Source of the DNA: Candidatus Dormiibacterota bacterium
GTDB lineage: Bacteria; Chloroflexota; Dormibacteria; Aeolococcales; Aeolococcaceae
Assembly: GCA_036828955.1 (NCBI GenBank)
Contig: DAISRJ010000004.1
Location: 15,687-79,686 of the forward strand
DNA: 64,000 nucleotides
Direction: 5' to 3'
How positions within the stretch are numbered: the stretch's first letter is position 1; each line of letters starts with the position of its first letter. Of the stretch, positions 34,306-43,507 are shown in pieces. Position numbers and translations under genes: made by a program. The notes beneath the pieces were generated by a model. That model did not search any database. It was given only the letters and a program-made list of their open reading frames with translations, and was not told the origin of the DNA.

Positions 34306-35955
34306 GTGTCACCAAGATCCGTCCGCTCCATCGCAGCCCTGACAACGCTCGGCCTCGCCGCCCTCGCGGCAGGCGCTCCCGGCGCCGCCTCGGCCAGCGG
34401 CGCGGCCCAGGACAAGCACGTGCTGTTGCTGTCCATCGACGGCCTGCACCAGACGGACCTGGCCTGGTACGTGGCTCATCACCCCGGGTCGGCACTGGCC
34501 ATGCTCGTGGGCGGCGGCGTCGAGTTCACCAAGGCGAGGACGCCCTTTCCGTCGGACTCGTTCCCCGGGATGGTGGGCCAGGTGACCGGCGGCAACCCGT
34601 CGTCGACCGGCGTCTACTACGACGACACGTGGAACCACGCGCTGCTCCCCGCCGGCACCACCAGCTGCGCGGGCGTCACCCCTGGCGTGGAGGTGACCTA
34701 CTTCGAGGCTCTCGACAACAACGTGAGCTCCATCGACGCCGGCCAGGGACTGGCGGGCCTGCCCGGCAGCATCCTGCAGATGACCGGAAACCCCGCCAGC
34801 CTGATCAACCCGGCCAACCTGCCTGTTGACCCGACCACCTGCAAGCCCGTCTACCCGCATTCCTACCTGAAGGTCAACACCCTCTTCGAGGTGGCGAGGG
34901 CGGCCGGCCTGCGCACGGCCTGGTCGGACAAGCACCCGGCCTACGAGATTCTCAACGGTCCGTCCGGGACCGGCGTTCAGGACCTCTTCACCCCGGAGAT
35001 CAACAGCAACGCTCCCACGCTCGGGTCGACCAACGACTGGACGACCGACAACGCCCTGACCATGCAGTACGACTCGTACAAGGTCCAGGCGGTCATCAAC
35101 GAGATCAAGGGCTTCGACCACAGCGGCACCGCGCGGGTTGGGACGCCGGCCATCTTCGGCATGAACTTCCAGACGGTGTCGACTGCCGAGAAGCTGCCCG
35201 TATCCGATGGCCTGCGCGGCGGTTACCTGGCCGACGGACTGACCCCCGGGCCCCTGCTCAAGCGGGCGCTCGACTACATCAACGACAGCGTCGGCAAGAT
35301 GCGCGAGGCGATCGCCGACCGCCACCTCCAGGACAGCACCACGATCATCCTGTCGGCCAAGCACGGTCAATCGCCGCAGAAGCCGGCGCAGCTGACCCGC
35401 ATCGATGACGGCGCCATCCTCACCGCGCTCGACACGGCGTGGCAGACGGCCGACCCCACGGCCACGACGCCACTGGTGGCATTCGCTGTGGACGACGACG
35501 GGATGCTGATCTGGCTCAACGACCGCTCGGCGACCGCGACGACCTTCGCCCGCAGCTTCCTCCTGAACCGTTCAGGGACTGGCAACGACATCAACGGCAA
35601 CCCCAAGGCATTCACGAAGTCCGGCCTCCGGACCGTGTACGCGGGGGAGGCTGCCGCTGACTTCATCCACGTCAAGGCGGGTGATCCACGTGTCCCCGAC
35701 GTGATCGGCATCGCGCAGGTGGGCAGCGTGTACACCGGCAAGATGGCCAAGATCGCGGAGCACGGCGGTGACAACCCGGACGACCGCGACGTGGCGCTGG
35801 TTGTCTCGGGTGGGTCCGTCGACACCCATGAGGTCGAAACCGGCGCGGTGGAGACCACCCAGATCGCACCGACCATCCTCAAGCTGCTGGGCCTCGATCC
35901 CCGCTCGCTGCAGGCGGTGCGCATCGAGGGAACCGCAGTCCTGCCGGTCGGCTGA
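34306..35955 (+). CDS. secreted alkaline-phosphatase-superfamily enzyme (nucleotide pyrophosphatase/phosphodiesterase-like)
   Basis: Signal-peptide-like N-terminus ending ASASGAAQ. LLLSIDGLHQTDL, DSFPGMVGQVTGGNPSSTG and EHGGDNPDD resemble type I phosphodiesterase/NPP motifs. AGGAGGG lies 6 nt upstream of the GTG start. Confidence 0.7.
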   Translation: MSPRSVRSIAALTTLGLAALAAGAPGAASASGAAQDKHVLLLSIDGLHQTDLAWYVAHHPGSALAMLVGGGVEFTKARTPFPSDSFPGMVGQVTGGNPSSTGVYYDDTWNHALLPAGTTSCAGVTPGVEVTYFEALDNNVSSIDAGQGLAGLPGSILQMTGNPASLINPANLPVDPTTCKPVYPHSYLKVNTLFEVARAAGLRTAWSDKHPAYEILNGPSGTGVQDLFTPEINSNAPTLGSTNDWTTDNALTMQYDSYKVQAVINEIKGFDHSGTARVGTPAIFGMNFQTVSTAEKLPVSDGLRGGYLADGLTPGPLLKRALDYINDSVGKMREAIADRHLQDSTTIILSAKHGQSPQKPAQLTRIDDGAILTALDTAWQTADPTATTPLVAFAVDDDGMLIWLNDRSATATTFARSFLLNRSGTGNDINGNPKAFTKSGLRTVYAGEAAADFIHVKAGDPRVPDVIGIAQVGSVYTGKMAKIAEHGGDNPDDRDVALVVSGGSVDTHEVETGAVETTQIAPTILKLLGLDPRSLQAVRIEGTAVLPVG

Positions 35956-35985
35956 TCGAGCCGACGGGATCAGGCCCTCTCACTC

Positions 35986-36020
35986 GGCGCACCGGGCACT
36001 CCGTGGGGGCCCGGTGCGCC
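35986..36020 (+). terminator. GC-rich hairpin after the phosphatase gene (12-bp perfect stem, 11-nt loop)
   Basis: GGCGCACCGGGC actccgtgggg GCCCGGTGCGCC, 31 nt after the stop. There is no U-tract, so it is an intrinsic-terminator-like structure only. Confidence 0.45.
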
Positions 36021-36331
36021 TCCCCCTGTGCCACCATTGGCGACGCTGCGCGGCCCGGCACGGGCTGCGGCCGACGGGGTCTCGTCCACATGGTGCAGTG
36101 ACGAGGCCCTGTTTGCGTTCCACCGCCTCCGACAGGGCCGGCCGCGACTGTGTTCCAGGCCTCCGCGGGATGCATTCGGACAGGGCGATGGGGGGCTCGC
36201 CGGGGCGCCGGAGCTAGGCCCGGACAGGCCACATCTTGTGGCATACTCAACCGGCAAACTCAGCATCTTGCGGTTTTGTCGTGACAACCTCTTTCTTTAG
36301 GGGAAGGCTCCGGCTATACTCGGAGGCCAGT

Positions 36332-37570
36332 GTGACCCGTTCTCGCCGCGTCTTTGCACTCGATCTAGGAACGACGAAGGTCTGCTGCGCCATCGCTGAG
36401 CTGGACAGCACCGGGCTCCGTGTCATCGGCGTGGGCGGCGCCGTCTCCCGGGGCATCCGCAAGGGGGCCGTCATCGAGATCGACCGGGCCGCCGAGGCGG
36501 TCGCGGAAGCGGTCGACCTGGCCGAACAGATGAGTGGCGTGCCCGTCGACTCCGCGGTCGTCGGACTGGCCGGCACCAGCATCACGTCGCAGAACTCGCG
36601 TGGTGTGGTGGCCGTGTCGGCCGGGCACCGCGAGGTGCGCGATGCCGACGTCACCCGTGCCGTGGAGGCGGCGCGCGCCGTCAGCGTTCCGTCGGACCGC
36701 AAGATCCTTCACGTCCTCCCCCAGCAGTTCACGATCGACGGACAGGAGGGCGTCCGCGACGCGCTCGGCATGGCCGGCACGCGCCTCGAGGTCGACGCCC
36801 ACATCATCACCGGCACCAACACCGCCATCCAGAACGTGGTCAAGGTTGTCCACAAGGCGGGCCTCGATGTCGACGACCTGGTCCTGCAGATCCTCGCCTC
36901 CGCCGAGGCGGTGATCGGCGAGGACGAGCTCGACCGCGGCGTCGTGGTGGTCGACATCGGCGGCGGCACCACCGACGTGGCCGTGTTCGCCAAGGGCAGC
37001 ATCATCCACACCGCGGTGATCCCGGTGGGTGGCAACCACGTCAGTGGCGACCTCGCGGTGGGCCTGCGCTGTGACCTGGAGACTGCCGAGGCCACCAAGC
37101 GCGCGTACGGCCACTGCCTGCAGCTGACCCTGCCCGCCGACGCGGAGGTGCAACTGACGCCGATGGGATACGACGAGCCGGTCAGCATCCCCCAGCGCTT
37201 CCTGGCCGAGATCATCGGGCCGCGCGCGCGGGAGATGGCCCAACTGATCGCCGAGCAGGTGGAGAAGGCAGGGCAGCCGAGCAGCTTCCCGGGCGGGATC
37301 GTGCTCACCGGCGGAGGCTCACTGCTGCGCGGTTTTGCTGAGGTGATCCAGCAGGTGACCGACCTGCCCGCACGGGTCGCGGCGCCTCACGGCGTGCACG
37401 GCATGAACGACGAGATCAGCGGGCCGCATCACGCCACCGTCGTCGGCCTGCTGCGCTGGGGCGCGCGCGGTCGCCTGGGTCGCCACGTGGCCCTCACCGG
37501 CAAGGCACAGAACGGCAACGGCCAGCACGTCGGGTCGGGACTGGGACGGTGGTTGCGTGAACTTTTCTGA
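36332..37570 (+). CDS. ftsA: cell division protein FtsA
   Basis: [11 protein letters not shown] actin-fold phosphate-1 motif, [23 protein letters not shown], and a C-terminal amphipathic tail [13 protein letters not shown] start with GGAGG 5 nt upstream. Confidence 0.9.
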   Translation: MTRSRRVFALDLGTTKVCCAIAELDSTGLRVIGVGGAVSRGIRKGAVIEIDRAAEAVAEAVDLAEQMSGVPVDSAVVGLAGTSITSQNSRGVVAVSAGHREVRDADVTRAVEAARAVSVPSDRKILHVLPQQFTIDGQEGVRDALGMAGTRLEVDAHIITGTNTAIQNVVKVVHKAGLDVDDLVLQILASAEAVIGEDELDRGVVVVDIGGGTTDVAVFAKGSIIHTAVIPVGGNHVSGDLAVGLRCDLETAEATKRAYGHCLQLTLPADAEVQLTPMGYDEPVSIPQRFLAEIIGPRAREMAQLIAEQVEKAGQPSSFPGGIVLTGGGSLLRGFAEVIQQVTDLPARVAAPHGVHGMNDEISGPHHATVVGLLRWGARGRLGRHVALTGKAQNGNGQHVGSGLGRWLRELF

Positions 37571-37703
37571 ACGAATGAAGCTGTACGGGCACGATGACGG
37601 CGACACGCCGCCGCCGCCCGTCGATCGTGGCACTGATGATGAAGCGGCGCGCGCGGGCGAGTCTTCGCTGCGTCCGAAGAGCAGGAAGCGTGAGGAGACA
37701 CCC

Positions 37704-38801
<1,098 letters not shown>

Positions 38802-38817
38802 TCGTCACCACCTGATC

Positions 38818-38851
38818 ACAGGCGCCCCCCTCCGCGCGAGGGGGCGCCTGT
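38818..38851 (+). terminator. GC-rich hairpin after ftsZ (about 14-bp stem with one bulged C)
   Basis: ACAGGCGCCCCCCTC cgcgc GAGGGGGCGCCTGT, followed by TTCCTG. It lies between ftsZ and nrdR. Confidence 0.45.
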
Positions 38852-38858
38852 TCCTGCC

Positions 38859-39398
38859 ATGAAGTGCCCATACTGTTCACAGCCTGAGTCGAAAGTCGTC
38901 GACTCGCGTGACTCCGAGACCGGCGAGGCGGTGCGGCGGCGGCGCGAATGCCTTTCCTGCCACAAGCGTTTCACCACCTACGAGCGCGTCGAGGCTGTGC
39001 CGCTGTGGGTGGTCAAGAAGGATGGTCGCCGCGAGGAGTTCAACCGACGCAAGCTGATCGGCGGCCTCGTCAACGCGTCGACCAAACGCGACATTGCCTC
39101 GGCGCAGCTCGAGGCGATCGTTGACGAGGTGGAGAGCGCGCTGCGCGCGCGCAACGTCACCGAGGTGCGCAGCCTCGAGGTGGGGGAGATGGTGATGCAG
39201 CACCTGCGCACGCTCGACGAGATCGCCTACGTGCGCTTCGCCTCGGTGTACCGCTCCTTTCGCGATGTCCAGCAGATGCGGGCGACCATCGAGGACGTGC
39301 TCGCCAACCCGCCCGGGACGCGCCCACCCGAGGCGCCACGCCGCCGCCGCCGCCGCGCCGACGACGGCCGCGAGCTGCCCCTCGACATGGGCAAATGA
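38859..39398 (+). CDS. nrdR: transcriptional repressor NrdR
   Basis: MKCPYC...CLSCHKRFTTYE zinc ribbon followed by an ATP-cone domain. Confidence 0.95.
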   Translation: MKCPYCSQPESKVVDSRDSETGEAVRRRRECLSCHKRFTTYERVEAVPLWVVKKDGRREEFNRRKLIGGLVNASTKRDIASAQLEAIVDEVESALRARNVTEVRSLEVGEMVMQHLRTLDEIAYVRFASVYRSFRDVQQMRATIEDVLANPPGTRPPEAPRRRRRRADDGRELPLDMGK

Positions 39399-39432
39399 GG
39401 AGCTCCTCCCACGCCATTCGCGCGACGTCCGG

Positions 39433-40149
39433 TTGACCCCCGGCAGCGTTGCGGCCGATGCGCTCGCGGGGCGGCTGGCCTCCATCAGGGAGCGGGTCAG
39501 CCGAGCCGCCGAGAGCGCCGGACGCGATCCGCAGGGCATCCACCTCCTCGCGGTGACCAAGGGCCATCCCGCCTCCGCTGTCGAGGCGGCGGTGTCGCTC
39601 GGGCTCCGCGAGATCGGCGAGAGTCGCGTGCAGGAAGCGCAGGCCAAGCGCGCGGCGTGCCCCGGGCGCGGCATCAGCTGGCACATGATCGGCCACCTGC
39701 AACGCAACAAGGCGCGGCTGGCGGCGTCGCTGTTCGACACGGTGCAGTCGCTGGACAGCGCCGCCCTGGCCGTTGACCTGGCGCGCCACCGTGGCACGGA
39801 CGTGGCGCCGCTGCGCGTCCTCATCGAGGTGGAGCTGACCGGCCTCCCCGGGCGCACCGGGACCTCCCCGGACGGCGCGGCGGCTGTGCTCGAGGTCGTG
39901 CGCGGGCTCGCTGCCCTTGAACCCGCGGGCCTCATGACGGTCGCTCCCCCCGGGCCCGCCGACGCGGCTCAGCTCTGCTTCGAGCGGTTGCGCGAGCTCC
40001 GCGAGGCATTGCGTCAGACGCAGGGGATCGCCCTGGAGGAGCTGAGCATGGGCATGAGCGACGACTACGAGGTCGCCATCGCCCACGGCGCCACCGTGAT
40101 CCGCCTCGGCCGGGCGCTCTTCGGCGACCGGCCCGGGCCGGGCCGATGA
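39433..40149 (+). CDS. yggS: YggS-family pyridoxal-phosphate homeostasis protein
   Basis: LLAVTKGHP (PLP lysine context), GESRVQE, WHMIGHLQRNK, LSMGMSDDYEVAI and the GATVIRLG tail. The TTG start is inferred. Confidence 0.85.
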   Translation: MTPGSVAADALAGRLASIRERVSRAAESAGRDPQGIHLLAVTKGHPASAVEAAVSLGLREIGESRVQEAQAKRAACPGRGISWHMIGHLQRNKARLAASLFDTVQSLDSAALAVDLARHRGTDVAPLRVLIEVELTGLPGRTGTSPDGAAAVLEVVRGLAALEPAGLMTVAPPGPADAAQLCFERLRELREALRQTQGIALEELSMGMSDDYEVAIAHGATVIRLGRALFGDRPGPGR

Positions 40150-40220
40150 CCGTAGCCGGGCTATCCTGAGCTCACTCATGACGGACACATCACGACTGGC
40201 CGCCGTGCCGGGCGGCAGCG

Positions 40221-40718
40221 GTGGCTGAGGCGGCGCTGCCCGGAAGGCGACGGCAGCTGGTCACACTCCTCGGCACCGCGGCGGTGATCTTCGTCCTCGA
40301 CCACGTCACCAAGTGGTTGGTCACACAGAACATCGCCCTCGGCGACCAGGTCCCGAGCAGCGGGCCGGTGACCATCCACCACATCGAGAACCGCGGCGCG
40401 GCGTTCGGCCTGTTCCCGCAGGCTCAGTTCATCTTCCTCGCCGTCGCGCTGGTCGTGGCCGCCTACATCCTCATCGCCGGTCGGCGGTTCGGACCAGGCC
40501 TGTTCCCCCAGGTGCTCCTCGGCATGGTGCTCGGCGGCGCCCTGGCCAACGCGGTCGACCGTGTCGTGCAGGGATACGTCGTGGACTTCATCGACCTCCA
40601 GCGCTGGCCGGTGTTCAACGTCGCCGACATGGCCATCGTCCTGGGCATCCTGGTCGGCGTGCTCACCTTGCGCGTGGTGCCGGCGCCCGGCAGTCGCGAA
40701 GGCGACCCGTCGACATGA
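40221..40718 (+). CDS. lspA: signal peptidase II (lipoprotein signal peptidase)
   Basis: DHVTKWLV, NRGAAFG, NAVDR and FNVADMAI motifs, with four hydrophobic segments. Confidence 0.9.
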   Translation: MAEAALPGRRRQLVTLLGTAAVIFVLDHVTKWLVTQNIALGDQVPSSGPVTIHHIENRGAAFGLFPQAQFIFLAVALVVAAYILIAGRRFGPGLFPQVLLGMVLGGALANAVDRVVQGYVVDFIDLQRWPVFNVADMAIVLGILVGVLTLRVVPAPGSREGDPST

Positions 40719-41620
40719 GCGCCGCCCCCGGCAGCGAGGCAGCCCGGCTACGCCTCGACCTGCGCGTGATGCAGCAGGAGGAGGTGAGCCGCAGCGCCGC
40801 GCAGTCACTCATCTCGGGCGGTCACGTCCGGGTCAACAATCGTGAAGCACGCTCGGGGCAGCGCGTGAGGCCCGCTGATGACGTCGTCGTGGTCATCCCA
40901 CCGCGCCCCGCGGCAGCCGTCGACGGCCCGGGCCCCGCGGTGCCCCTCGAGGTGGTGTACGAGGACAACGCCCTCGCCGTGATCGACAAGCCCGCCGGGC
41001 TGGTGGTGCACCCCGCGCCCGGCCATCCCACGGGCACGCTTGCCGACGGCCTGCGCCAGCGCGGCGCGACGTGGTCGCAACTCGGCGGCGATGAGCGCCC
41101 CGGCATCGTGCATCGCCTCGATCGCGACACCAGCGGCCTGCTGGTCGTGGCCAAGACCGAGGCCGCGCATCGATCGCTGTCCCTGCAACTGCAGCGGCGC
41201 ACCCTGGGGCGCGTCTACTGGGCGCTGGTGCACGGCAGATTCCGCGAGGCCACGGGGCGCATCGAGGCGCCGATCGGGCGCGATCCCGGGCACCGCCAGC
41301 GCATGGCCGTGGTCGATGGGGGGCGCGCGGCGATCACCGAGTTCACGGTGGTGGATCGGCTGCGCCGGCACACGCGTCTCGAGGTGCGCCTGCTCACCGG
41401 CCGCACCCACCAGATCCGCGTCCACCTTGCCTCGATCGGCCACCCGCTCGTCGGCGACGTGGTCTACGGACGGCGCGGCGACACGCTCAGCGCACGACCT
41501 GCGCTGCACGCCCAGCGACTCAGCTTCCTCCATCCCGACGACGGCCGTCGCTGCGACTTCGAGGCAGCGCTGCCCGCTGACCTCGTGGCCGCGCTGGCCG
41601 CGGCGCGAGAGGGCGAATGA
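40715..41620 (+). CDS. rluD: RluA/RluD-family 23S rRNA pseudouridine synthase
   Basis: N-terminal S4-like domain, catalytic HRLDRDTSGLLVVAK, and TGRTHQIRVHL. ATGA overlaps on both sides. Confidence 0.88.
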   Translation: MSAAPGSEAARLRLDLRVMQQEEVSRSAAQSLISGGHVRVNNREARSGQRVRPADDVVVVIPPRPAAAVDGPGPAVPLEVVYEDNALAVIDKPAGLVVHPAPGHPTGTLADGLRQRGATWSQLGGDERPGIVHRLDRDTSGLLVVAKTEAAHRSLSLQLQRRTLGRVYWALVHGRFREATGRIEAPIGRDPGHRQRMAVVDGGRAAITEFTVVDRLRRHTRLEVRLLTGRTHQIRVHLASIGHPLVGDVVYGRRGDTLSARPALHAQRLSFLHPDDGRRCDFEAALPADLVAALAAAREGE

Positions 41621-42216
41621 TACGGCGCGGTCCACGGGTCACCACCGAGCCCGGCCGGCTGATCGTCCTCTCCGGTCCGAGCGGGGTGGGCAAGGACACG
41701 GTCCTGCACCAGCTGCGCACCCTCGAGCCGGGCCTCCGCTACAGCGTGTCCTACACCACCCGCGCACCCCGTCCGGGCGAGGTCGACGGGGTTGCCTACT
41801 CGTTCATCGACAGGGACCAGTTCCTGGCCATGGCCGAGCGTGGAGAGTTCCTCGAGTGGGCCGAGGTGCACGGTCACCTCTATGGCACGTCCGAGGCGCG
41901 CGTCAAGGAGGCCCTCGACCGCGGCGAGGACATCGTGCTCAAGATCGACGTGCAGGGCGCCGCATGGATCCGGCCGCGCGTGGACGGCGCCATCTTCATC
42001 TTCCTGCTGCCGCCTTCGGAGGAGGAGCTGCGCCGCCGCCTGGTGGGCCGCGACACCGAGGACGAGGCGGCACGCGAACTGCGCTTCCGCAACGCCGTCG
42101 CCGAGCTCGCCGATGGCGCCGCGTACGATCACCGGGTGGTGAACGACGACGTGGGCCGCGCGGCGCGCGAGATCCTGGACATCGTGCGAAGCCGGCGCGC
42201 CAGGGGGACGTCGTGA
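41617..42216 (+). CDS. gmk: guanylate kinase
   Basis: GPSGVGKDT P-loop, SYTTRAPRPGEVDGVAYSF and YGT motifs. Confidence 0.93.
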   Translation: MIRRGPRVTTEPGRLIVLSGPSGVGKDTVLHQLRTLEPGLRYSVSYTTRAPRPGEVDGVAYSFIDRDQFLAMAERGEFLEWAEVHGHLYGTSEARVKEALDRGEDIVLKIDVQGAAWIRPRVDGAIFIFLLPPSEEELRRRLVGRDTEDEAARELRFRNAVAELADGAAYDHRVVNDDVGRAAREILDIVRSRRARGTS

Positions 42217-42773
42217 GCGCCGGGGGTGGCGAGCGTCGCATCGCCGTGCACGTCTGCGGGAGCGTGGCCGCGTACAAGGCCTGCGAGGTGATCACCACCC
42301 TCCGCAAGGCCGGATGCGAGGTGCGCGTGGTCATGACCGCCAACGCGCAGCGCTTCATTGGGGCCACGACCCTGCAGGCCCTGAGTGGCCACCCGGTGCT
42401 CACCGACGTCTGGCACGAGGGCAGCGAAGGACACGGCATGGGCCATATCGATCTCGGTGCGTGGGCGCAGGTGCACGTCGCCGTTGCAGCGTCGGCCAAC
42501 CTCATCGCCCGGCTGGCGCATGGTTTCGCAGACGACGCCGTGACCACGGTGCTGCTGGCCAGCCGCGCGCCGCTGGTGCTCGCGCCGGCGATGGAGACGG
42601 CGATGTGGGAACACCCGGCCACCCGCGCCAACGTCGACGCGCTGCGCGCCCGCGGCGTCCACGTGGTGGGCCCGGTGATCGGGCGACTGGCCAGCGGAGC
42701 CACCGGCGAGGGCCGGATGGCCGAGGTGAGCGCGGTGGTGGAGGAGACCCTCGCACGCCTCGGCGACGCCTGA
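42213..42773 (+). CDS. coaC: phosphopantothenoylcysteine decarboxylase (stand-alone CoaC flavoprotein)
   Basis: IAVHVCGSVAAYKA, PAMETAMW and the G-rich substrate clamp SGATGEGRMAE. The TGA stop at 42771-42773 falls exactly at the usual CoaC/CoaB linker. Confidence 0.85.
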   Translation: MSAGGGERRIAVHVCGSVAAYKACEVITTLRKAGCEVRVVMTANAQRFIGATTLQALSGHPVLTDVWHEGSEGHGMGHIDLGAWAQVHVAVAASANLIARLAHGFADDAVTTVLLASRAPLVLAPAMETAMWEHPATRANVDALRARGVHVVGPVIGRLASGATGEGRMAEVSAVVEETLARLGDA

Positions 42774-42784
42774 GGACCACGGCC

Positions 42785-43507
42785 ATGGGACCGCCCGTCT
42801 CGCCCCTCTTCGGCCGCTGCGTCGTGGTCACCGCCGGCGGTACGCGCGAGCCCATCGATCCCGTCCGCTACCTGGGCAACCGCAGCAGCGGCCGAATGGG
42901 CAACGCCGTGGCGCTGGCCGCGGCGCAGCGGGGAGCGTCGGTGACGCTGGTCACCACCGTCGACGCGCCCGCTGACCGGCGCATCGACGTCATCCGCGTC
43001 GAGACGGCCGCCGAGATGAACGCCGCCGTGCGCGGCGCGTTGCCGGGCGCCGTGCTGCTGGTGATGGTGGCCGCGGTCGCCGACTACCGCGTCGCCGAGG
43101 TCGCGACCAACAAGATCAAGAAGCAGGCGTCGCTGACACTCGAGCTGGTTCCCACGGTCGACATCCTGGGCAGCCTTGCCGGCGACCCCCTCCGTCAGGG
43201 CGTGTTCGTCGTCGGGTTCGCCGCGGAAACCGACAACATCGACGCCAACGCGAGACAGAAGCTGTCGCGCAAGGCGCTTGACCTGGTGGTGCTCAACGAC
43301 GTCTCACGAGCCGGGATCGGCATGGGAAGCGAGGACAACGAGGTCACCGTGTACGGCCCCGCCGGGTTCGTGGCGCATCTCAGCAGGCGTCCCAAGCCCG
43401 AGGTCGCGGCGGCGCTGCTCGACATCGTGGAGGAACGGATCGCCGGGGTGCTGGACGGCATGCCCGCCGCGGTGCCCCGAGGGCAGCTGCCAGGCTCGGC
43501 AGGGTGA
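42785..43507 (+). CDS. coaB: phosphopantothenate--cysteine ligase (stand-alone CoaB)
   Basis: VVVTAGGTREPIDPVRYLGNRSSGRMG, AAVADYR and KIKK motifs. It has its own ATG with GAGGA 8 nt upstream. Confidence 0.85.
   Translation: MGPPVSPLFGRCVVVTAGGTREPIDPVRYLGNRSSGRMGNAVALAAAQRGASVTLVTTVDAPADRRIDVIRVETAAEMNAAVRGALPGAVLLVMVAAVADYRVAEVATNKIKKQASLTLELVPTVDILGSLAGDPLRQGVFVVGFAAETDNIDANARQKLSRKALDLVVLNDVSRAGIGMGSEDNEVTVYGPAGFVAHLSRRPKPEVAAALLDIVEERIAGVLDGMPAAVPRGQLPGSAG

Noticed and set aside
36315-36320. TATACT as the ftsA -10 element
   Set aside because: It lies only 11 nt from the GTG start. A transcript starting about 7 nt downstream would remove the strong GGAGG site, so promoter assignment is uncertain without transcription start site data.
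37557-37703. Longer FtsZ with a 43-49 aa N-terminal extension
   Set aside because: GTG 37704 has an ideal GAGGAG-6 nt ribosome-binding site and gives a canonical N-terminus. The extension region has weaker codon bias. It is kept as a low-interest finding.
40178-40228. 16-codon upstream ORF (MTDTSRLAAVPGGSGG) overlapping the lspA start, preceded by TATCCT at 40162-40167
   Set aside because: It is short, lacks a ribosome-binding site, and no conservation information is available. It could be chance in the 71-nt yggS-lspA spacer.
42771-42787. coaBC frameshift pseudogene
   Set aside because: The break is exactly at the interdomain linker and both halves are full length. coaB has its own GAGGA and ATG. 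I treat it as a gene fission, pending a read-level check.
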